Shown: positions 38,315 through 48,206 of the stretch, in pieces
Position numbering within the stretch: position 1 is the stretch's first letter
Layout: each line of letters begins with the position of its first letter
Assembly: GCF_001194135.2 (NCBI RefSeq)
Contig: NC_068992.1
Coordinates: 63,230,894 to 63,279,099 of the forward strand
DNA from: Octopus bimaculoides
Lineage: Eukaryota
Reading direction: 5' to 3'
Length of the DNA stretch: 48,206 nt
Notes under the pieces: generated by a model
Database searches by the model: none
Seen by the model: only the letters and a program-made list of their open reading frames with translations
Told to the model about the DNA's origin: nothing
Made by a program: the position numbers and the translations under genes

Positions 38315-38580
38315 CACTTTCCAGTACATACAGACTGAACCATCAAAGCTAACAAACCGGATATTGTTGTGAAAGACCAAAACAATAAAGTATGTTTATT
38401 GATCGACTTGATTATTCCGTGAAATCATAATAACTCGGCAAAAGAATTTGACAAGCTCAGAAAATATAAAGATTTGCTCATTGAAAAAAAAAATCGAAAA
38501 AAAACAAAAAAAAACATGACCTCTCAAGACGGTTGCAATACCAGTGATTGTAGGGGCACTTGGAATGTTCAAAAAGGAAC
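38315..38580 (+). mobile_element. R4/Dong-clade LINE fragment (RLE domain)
   Basis: Translates to PVHTD*TIKANKPDIVVKDQNNKVCLLIDLIIP*NHNNSAKEFDKLRKYKDLLIE...KTVAIPVIVGALGM, i.e. the PD-(D/E)xK endonuclease. It directly follows (AAT)n. Confidence 0.85.
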
Positions 38581-40335
38581 TGAAAATGATCTATGCAAGA
38601 AGCGCAAAATGTGAGGGAAATCACAAGGACAAACTATTTGTACGAGGATTTACATAAAGGATGCAGAGGGAGAAATGAAAAAAGACAGTGAAATGCGATA
38701 AAAGTATACAAAGTATGGGATAACATGAATGACACAGCTCTTCTGGTACAGGAGGGGCAATCAAGGGATTTCACTGATTAAGGATCACCCTGACCTTCAA
38801 AGGTATGATCCCCCTCTCTCCTGCCCTCTAATCTACAGGCACATATTTAGAGTAAAGTTATTCACTTGAACCATTTTTCCCACAGTCTCCCATTTTTTCC
38901 CAAATTCACCAGGAGGCAGCACTTTCCCTCTCCTACTTCACTTTCCTTTCCAAAAGGAACTTGAAGAAATCGATGAGTGCTTGATCGAAGAGGAAAGAGG
39001 AAAGTGGTGTCTTTTCTGTATCCTTTCAGCCTCGTCCACCTAAAAATTTCTTTCGCCATAGGCACCAGACTAATATGAGCCACTTCTTTCCAGAAAGAAT
39101 TTCCGTGGGGCCGACACCCCTACCTAGGGAAAAAAAACAAATTACAGAAGCCTCAATGACAATTGAAAGCCACCAATATCTGGGAAGGGAAGGCCTTTCA
39201 GGGAAAGACAGCCCAGAGTCAAGAACGGAGAAGAAAAATTGTCGATGGCCTATGCTACATAGGGAGGGAAGAGCTGAACGAAGTAATGTGGACCTTAGCT
39301 CCCTGCATATAGAGAAAAAACAGACAAGTTGGTCACAGCTGGCACATTGTTGACAATTGATCTTAATTATAGTTGACCTCGAGCTAAAGAACAGCTACGA
39401 CAATAACACAACTACACGTACACATATATATAGAGGGAGAGACGCACACATAAACTCACACATCCATAGACGCCCCCATACATTGTCAAACACATACACG
39501 GGCTGACACACAGACAGAATATAACCCGTGGCACACCCTGTCATGCATAAACATGTCAGATTTATAACACTTGAAGAAATGAGATTGCATAACAGCGGGG
39601 AACCGGTGCTGTATTGTTTATTCTCTGTTACTATTTATGGAACTCCAAGGGTGGCAAGGTGGCAGAACCGTTAGCACGCCGGGCGAAATGCTTAGCGGCA
39701 TTTCGTCTGTCTTTGCGTTCTGAGTTCGAATTCCGCCGACGTTTACTTTGCCTTTTATTCTTTCAGGGTTGATAAATTAAGTACCAGTTGTGTACTGGGG
39801 TCGATCTAATCGACTGGTCCCCTCCCCCAAAATTTTTATCCTTGTGCCTAGAGTAGAAAAGAATGAAGAATCGTTAGCATGCCGGACAAAATGGTCAGAA
39901 GCATTTCGTCCGTCTTGCCTTTCATCGTTTTGCGGTCAATGAAATAAGTACCAGTTATGCACTGAGGATCGGTTTAAACTACTTAGATCCCCGAATTTGC
40001 TGATCTTGCGCCAAAATTCGAAGCTATTATTATTGTTGTTATTAAGGCGGTGAGCTAACAGAATCGATAGTACAGCGGAATTACGTCTGTCTCCATGTTC
40101 TGAGTTCAAATTCCGCCGAGGTCGACTTCGACTTTTATCCTTCGGGGTTCAATAAAATAAGTACCAGTTGAGTACCGGGGTCGATGTACTCGACTATACC
40201 CCACCCCCATATTTCAAGCCTTGTGCCTTAAGTAGAAAGGATTATTATTATTATTATTATTACTACTACTACTACTATTATTTTTATTATTATCATTATT
40301 ATTATAATTATTTATTATTATTATCATCATCATCA

Positions 40336-40380
<45 letters not shown>

Positions 40381-40829
40381 TTATTAATATAGAAAGGATT
40401 GAGGTAACTCCTCCGATATAGAGTCAAAATTAAAAGAAGAGTGCCATTTGTTATCTTGGGAGCAATATTTCGACATCTCGCGTGTCTTCCACTGGTTCGT
40501 AGTGTGTTTATGAAGAGGTGGTCGACTGTGGTAGGACTGGTGAGGCTGAATGGATCAACTCTGAACATGCTTTTCTAAGCAGGAGGAAAGAAACTGGAAG
40601 GGGGCACTTTCCCACGCTTTGGAGATGGCAGAGTAATTGGGGATTTTTGTGTGGGGTTTACCCCGATTACCCTACGCGGACAGCCCCGCTATTGGGGATT
40701 CTATATATTTATTATTATTTATTTATTTCTCTAATTTCTGTTATATATCCTCTGTTATGTCCTTTAAAATAGTAATATCTCCCCTTAATTGATGTTAATC
40801 CTTAATGCTTTTGTCATCTTTTGTTGTGG

Positions 40830-40885
<56 letters not shown>

Positions 40886-40958
40886 NNNNNNNNNNNNNNN
40901 NNNNNNNNNNNNNNNNNNNNNNCTTTGTGGTCAATAAAAGAAATCATTGTTGTTGTTG

Positions 40959-41270
<312 letters not shown>

Positions 41271-41971
41271 GAAATCAATATCTCTATCAATTTCGCATAG
41301 GCGCATGGAAACAATGTTTGCGGTGTCCGACTCATGATTATAACATCTTTGGTTAAGGCGGCAAGATGGCTGAATCGTTAGCACGCGGACAAAATGGTTA
41401 GCGACATTTTATCTGTCGTTAGCTCTAAGTTCAATTTCCACCGAAGTCGACATTGATTTTCAACTTTTGGGATCGATGAAATAAGTACCATTCGAGCACT
41501 GGTCTCGAAGTAATCGACTAGCACCCACTCCTCCCGCTAAATTCCATGCCTTGTGCCTACAGTAGGCAGGATTATAATATATTTGCTTCAACCCCTGCCC
41601 CGAACAGTGCATTGTGGTTTGGACAACACCCTCCACCCCACAAAAAATATTGTCTTGTGCTTATAGTTGAAACTTTTTTTAAATATCTGCCTATTTACGT
41701 ATGCATGTGTGGTAGTGAAAAGGCAACTGTTATTTTTTTGCTTTCTATTAAAGTTTATTTATGTTTTTGTATCAGACCCTTGCACTTCGTTTGAAACAAA
41801 AATGTTCATAAATCTATCGTCACCAACGTTTCTAGACTGTCACGGGCTCATCTCTAGGATGTAAAATGTTACTGAGGTGTGTAACTGCCTGTTTTATGTT
41901 CGGCAAATGCGATTTGTGTATATTTTATCACCAATATTAGTTTCAACTTGCAACATAAGACTCTACATAGC

Positions 41972-42015
41972 TAGACATGTTGATGGTTAGGGTTAGGGTT
42001 AGACATGTTGATGGT
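41972..42015 (+). repeat. Short interstitial telomere-type repeat (TTAGGG) between 16-bp direct repeats
   Basis: tagacatgttgatggt-tagggttagggt-tagacatgttgatggt. Confidence 0.7.
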
Positions 42016-44430
42016 GGAATTAGGAAGTTTATTGTTCCAAACGAAACTCATGATAATATTAACAAAAAAACAATAAAAGCTAAAGTTAAACTGAAAAATA
42101 TGCTCGCAATATAACGTCCAAAAGTAAAATTGTTTCACATATAAAGGAATGTAAATATACATTTATAGTTGCGCGTGTGTCTATATATATATATGTATGT
42201 ATGTATGTCTGTGATGTATTTGTATACGTATATATGTGTGCGTGTATATATATTATCAAATTGATTTGAGTTCTAACCTTAGGGTTTGCTTTATTAATTT
42301 CGTCAACCGATACTTGCTATCAGATACAAGTATAAAACGGAAAAAAAGATAGTTTTATTCATGGTATAGCAGAAAATCCGTAAATATTCATCGAGTTCAT
42401 ATAATTATTAAGGGCAATGGAGCAAGCAGTTCGTTTTATCACATAATTCAACAATCTTTTATTGATTTTTTTTATTTAAAAAAAAGTATTGCTATATCAT
42501 AATAATATAATATATGTAACATGCATCGGTATTATTATACTAATACCGCAAAAGCATCAACTCCTCAGGGTTATGTATAAAATCCATTCTCCTTGTTGAT
42601 AATTATACATGTGTAGGTATGTACGTATGCGTGCATATATGCATCTATGTATGTATATGCGTGTGTAGCTATTTATGCATTTCATTATGCTAGCACACAA
42701 TCTTAAAGATAGTGTGGTGAAGCAATCTTGTTTACATGTTAATCAATATCTCCCTATCCAGTAACATCTCCGTTAGGCGCGGTTGGTGACTTCTGTGGTC
42801 CTTTCGTGCTGCAGCATTCATGCCACCTATTTTAAAACGCTTACTGACTAATGACACACGCGACGGTCGCATACAAAACTACAAAACTTTATTTCAAACA
42901 CTTTGAATAAACATACAAATGAATGAGATTAAAGCAATATTTTTTCGAAAAATGATTAAATGACGTAAATGTTTGTCCCTGTTGTGTGTGATGATATTAT
43001 CACACACAACATGGACAAAAATTTCTTCTTAAGAAAATACATATTCAAATAAGTAAATATAATATCATGAATAGCGAAAGCGAAACCGGTTGATATATTA
43101 AAAATTATATTAAAACTATGTAAAGTGTGTGTATTTTCCCTTTTTTAAATTTCTTATATATATTACAACTTACCACGTGGGGATAATCGAAATTCCTCAT
43201 TCTCTGTTACNNNNNNNNNNNNNNNNNNNNNNNNNNNNNNNNNNNNNNNNNNNNNNNNNNNNNNNNNNNNNNNNNNNNNNNNNNNNNNNNNNNNNNNNNN
43301 NNNNNNNNNNNNNNNNNNNNNNNNNNNNNNNNNNNNNNNNNNNNNNNNNNNNNNNNNNNNNNNNNNNNNNNNNNNNNNNNNNNNNNNNNNNNNNNNNNNN
43401 NNNNNNNNNNNNNNNNNNNNNNNNNNNNNNNNNNNNNNNNNNNNNNNNNNNNNNNNNNNNNNNNNNNNNNNNNNNNNNNNNNNNNNNNNNNNNNNNNNNN
43501 NNNNNNNNNNNNNNNNNNNNNNNNNNNNNNNNNNNNNNNNNNNNNNNNNNNNNNNNNNNNNNNNNNNNNNNNNNNNNNNNNNNNNNNNNNNNNNNNNNNN
43601 NNNNNNNNNNNNNNNNNNNNNNNNNNNNNNNNNNNNNNNNNNNNNNNNNNNNNNNNNNNNNNNNNNNNNNNNNNNNNNNNNNNNNNNNNNNNNNNNNNNN
43701 NNNNNNNNNNNNNNNNNNNNNNNNNNNNNNNNNNNNNNNNNNNNNNNNNNNNNNNNNNNNNNNNNNNNNNNNNNNNNNNNNNNNNNNNNNNNNNNNNNNN
43801 NNNNNNNNNNNNNNNNNNNNNNNNNNNNNNNNNNNNNNNNNNNNNNNNATATATATATATATATATACACACATATCTGTATGTGTGTGTGCGCATGCGT
43901 TTCCTATCATCCTTCTATCTCAACTGCCAAATCTTGTACAGTGAATCCTTTGAGATGCATAAACTGACTTGATGACCGTTTGATGTCTTCTAAAAACTAA
44001 GTTAAACCGAAAAGACGAGAGACCCTTACTTCTTAAAGCTGGAAGATATTTAGTTTCAACTCAGTTCCTACATACATATAGCTTCACTATAGGTTTTTTT
44101 TAAAGTATTTTTGCTGTTGTTATTGGTAGTGTTTTTCTTTTTTCTCGGTGCCTTTCTATTTTCTTGGCATGTTTCCCTGAAACAGGCTCTGGTTACTTCA
44201 ACAACACACAAACACAGACAGACATAGCTGCGTACACACTCACTTCAGATACGAGATTCAGATATGAATAGACTCCAGGCGTGAAAAACTATACAATCTA
44301 AACATGTTAATGAATTAAGCTGCTGGTATTGGCGCTTAAAAAACATATACCCATGGGGCCCATCGAAACTTACTCTGAGTGCGACGCTTCCATATGCATG
44401 CTTCCATGTATATATATATATATATATATA

Positions 44431-44485
<55 letters not shown>

Positions 44486-44662
44486 ATGTGTGCATATATA
44501 TATACATATATATATATGTGTATATATGTATATATATGTATGTATATATATATATACATATATGTTCTTGCGTGTGTTTGTGTATGCGTGTGTGTAGATA
44601 GATAGACAGACAGACAGATAGATAAAGATACGTGTGTGTGTATATATATATATATAAATACG

Positions 44663-44774
<112 letters not shown>

Positions 44775-46041
44775 CATATATATATATACACACACACTCA
44801 TAAGTTCGTGTGTCTATGTGTATATGTGTGTGTATGTATATACACACATACCTATGTAACACAGCTATCCAATTGCGCATCATCTTCTGCCCGACATTAA
44901 ACGGCAGACACTCTCAGAGTGTCTTGAAATTAAAGACTTCGACAGAACAGCAGTGGCACCCCACCACCCCACCACCATCACTTCCTATCACACCGGCTCA
45001 CACCTCCACCATCATCACTCATGTCACCATCGCTGCAAATGCTACTAACACCGCTACTCACCTCCTACTACTATTACCACCACTACCACCAGCTCTACAC
45101 CGCAAACACCACCACCACCACTACTACTGCTACTACCACCCGCTGTCCCTACTACAACTAACGCCACCAACACAGCTGTCTCCACCGCCGCTACCCTCAT
45201 CGTCATCATCACCACCAACATCACCAGCACTAGTTACTACTCCTACTACTACCGCCACTACCACCGACGCTACCACCTCCCTCCCCGTCAGCCTACTTTA
45301 ACCTACATTTCACGCCATCGCCAGTAAAAACCCTAGTTTTAATAAATTCTTCATACTGCTGCTGCTGCTATGATTACTGTTGTTGTTGTTGTTCATATCT
45401 GTGTTATTTTCATTTCCTTCCTGTAGCCTACCCTTGTTTCTTTTTCCTTTGTTGTTGCAGTTGTTGTCCTTCTTCTTCTTCTTCTTCTTCTCCTCTTGTT
45501 CCTCCTTTTTCTCCCCTCCTCCTCTCCTCCACCCCTCCTCTTTCTTTTTCTTCTCCTTCTTATCATTATCATCCTCATGATCATATCCTCCTTCTTCTCC
45601 GTCTCCTCCTCCTCCGCCTTCCTCTTCTTCTCATCATCATCATCTTTTTCTTCTCCTTATCATCATCATCATCATCTTCTTCTTCTCCTTATCATCATCA
45701 TCATCATCATCTTTTTCTTCTTACTGAACTGGCGGAATCGATAGAGCGTTGTAAAATAAATTCTTTACGATATCTGAGTCACCAGCATTACTACTTCTCC
45801 TACTACTACCAACACTACTACTACTACAGTTCAAATCCCACCGAGGGGTGGTGGTGCTGGTGGAAGAATCTTTAGAGTGATGGACAAGATGTCTTGTAAG
45901 GATTCGAAAGCTATAGATTTATAAGTTCAAACCCTTTCGAAATCAACACTGCCTTTTATCATTTTTGGGACCGATTAAAATGAGGTACCGATTCAGAAGC
46001 TGAAGAATTCAGCTCCCTATTGATGCAAAGAAGAACATAGC

Positions 46042-46093
<52 letters not shown>

Positions 46094-46944
46094 TGTGTGT
46101 GTGAAAGCTCTGTCCAAAGGAATGGAAAATTACTAATTATTAATCTAAGTCCTAAGAAATGTTCTACATTGGCGCAAACTTGGATGATTGTTAAGAAGTT
46201 CGCTTTGCCATTCTGTGATTCCTAGTTGATAGACACTGCCTGATATCTTGGGCAGGTGTTTTCTAGTACAACCCTGGGCCACGCACCTTCACTGCCAATT
46301 TAGATATTGAATTAAAAACATTAGATTAGCCAAAGAATATGCCCATCGTCATATCTGTAGTTAAATGAAGCGTTAAAGTGACTGAACAGCATTTTGGATT
46401 ACCCTCTGAAGATGGACATAAGCAGGTCCAAGAAAAAAAATCAAGCTAGTATTTGTAAATATATATGAGGTTCTTACACAGCATTTATTGAACATGAGCA
46501 ATTTGAGTTATTCGTTGTTTATGGTATTTTCTTATGCTTTCATTTAATTGTTTTTGAATAAAGAATATTAGTAGAGAAAAAATCGCAAGCCATGATCAAT
46601 ATAGATAATTAATTATTAAATATATCAATCACTGCTTCATTGCTACTTCAATAGTTTAACAACAACAACAACAACAACAGCAATAATAATCTTATCTGCT
46701 ATAGGCACAAGGCCCAACATTTCGGGGAGAAGACCAGTCGTTTACATCAACGCTGGTGCTCAAGTGGCACTTATTTCATCGCCCCCCCCCCCNNNNNNNN
46801 NNNNNNNNNNNNNNNNNNNNNNNCCCAAAAAAAGGACGAAAAGCACAGTCGATTTCGGCGGAATTTGAACTCAGAATATAAAGAATCAGAAGAAATGCAC
46901 TTTGTCCGACGCGCAAACAATTCTGCCAACTCACTGCCCTCCTC

Positions 46945-46999
<55 letters not shown>

Positions 47000-47456
47000 T
47001 GATGATGATGATGATGATGCAAATGATGATAATAATCCTTTCTACTATAGGCACAAGGCTTGTAATTTTAGAGAAGCCGATTACATCAACCCAGTGTTTG
47101 ACTGGTACTCTTTCAATCGAAATATTACGGAGATGTACTTGTATAGCAAGTGACCTGATCTGAGATCGTGTGCTGGAACGAAAACAATTGCAGTGTGGAA
47201 GGTGTTTATAAGCCATTTAAAATAACACACAAAAGAAAGGTAAAGTCGACCTCGGTGGAATTTGAACTCAAATCATAAAGGCGGACGAAATGCTGCTAAG
47301 CATTTTGACCGGCGAGCTAGCGATCATGCTTGCTCGCCGCCTTCCTCAGAATAATAATAATAATAATGATAAATCACAGCAAATCACAGCACATACCCAA
47401 GGCACACAGAGCTGCGCTCGGTAGTGAAGTGAAAGCACGTTATAAAAATAAAACTA

Positions 47457-47508
<52 letters not shown>

Positions 47509-48157
47509 GTAACGCTGGAACGGAAATTAAATTTATTTCTCCAGGAAAATAAGCCTTAATTATTTCTAATCTTTCAGAAATTAATCGTAAATCCACATAC
47601 TTTATATTTTATTTTTTTATTTATTACATCGTTTCTATGGTTACAGACTGATGTTATTTGCCCCATCTCAATCATGAACTCAAATACACACATACACACG
47701 CAGATACACACGCACATGTATGACAAACGTGCGCATATATATGATATAATGAGATACACAGATGGAGATACGCGAGAGATGAAGAAAGAGATACATAGGC
47801 TCACGCATGCGCATAAACATGCATATTTTTTTTCATCTTTTACTTGTTTCAATCATTAGACAGCGGCCATGCTGGGGCACCACTTTGAGGGCTTTTAATC
47901 GAAAAAGTTGATCCTAGTTCTTATTACATTTTTCTAAAATCTAGTACTTATTCTGTCGGACTGTGTTGCCGAACCGTTAAGTTACAGGGACGTAAACGCA
48001 TCAACACCGGTTGTCAAGCGGTGGTAGGGAGCAAACACTCACACGCACACACACACACACACACACACATGCGTGCACACACTCATTCACACGCACACAT
48101 GCACATACACACTCACAGACACACACTCACACACACACTCACATACACATTCACACA

Positions 48158-48206
<49 letters not shown>

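Noticed and set aside
38862-39353. Short complex ORFs on both strands
   Set aside because: No recognisable motif or splice context; possibly old repeat sequence.
41822-41860. Fourth hammerhead-like motif (minus strand cctagagatgagcccgtgacagtctagaaacgttgg)
   Set aside because: GAAACGTT is present but the CUGANGA core and stem II are too degenerate to support.
44290-44400. Candidate nAChR 5' exon near GTAAGT/GTGAGT donors on the minus strand
   Set aside because: The translations show neither a signal peptide nor nAChR N-terminal motifs.

Overview
Eukaryotic, repeat-rich, gappy genomic DNA. It is dominated by (TA)n, (CA)n, (AAT)n, (GATA)n and (GAA)n microsatellites and by tRNA-headed SINEs; the repeat content looks like an octopus draft assembly (inference). 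One protein-coding gene is supported: a nicotinic acetylcholine receptor alpha subunit on the minus strand. Four exons were assembled by hand with GT-AG sites and consistent phases: 37466-37422 (45 bp), 36239-36130 (110 bp), 34732-33688 (1045 bp) and 31887-31714 (174 bp), giving 457 aa plus stop. The signal-peptide and N-terminal exons were not found. It has vicinal cysteines and a GEK cation filter, so it is a canonical alpha subunit and not a chemotactile receptor. The rest is mobile DNA: three SINE families, R4/Dong and RTE LINE relics, a Helitron helicase relic, Tc1/mariner derivatives and foldback MITEs. The most notable observations are (i) three minus-strand minimal hammerhead-ribozyme-like motifs sharing a U4C core change, the best at the tip of a long hairpin (23222-23314), (ii) inverted SINE pairs in nAChR introns flanking the large exon, which are candidate ADAR substrates, and (iii) unusual receptor residues (Asp-4'Val, extra extracellular cysteines). 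Almost all other ORFs in the track are microsatellite or N-gap artefacts.
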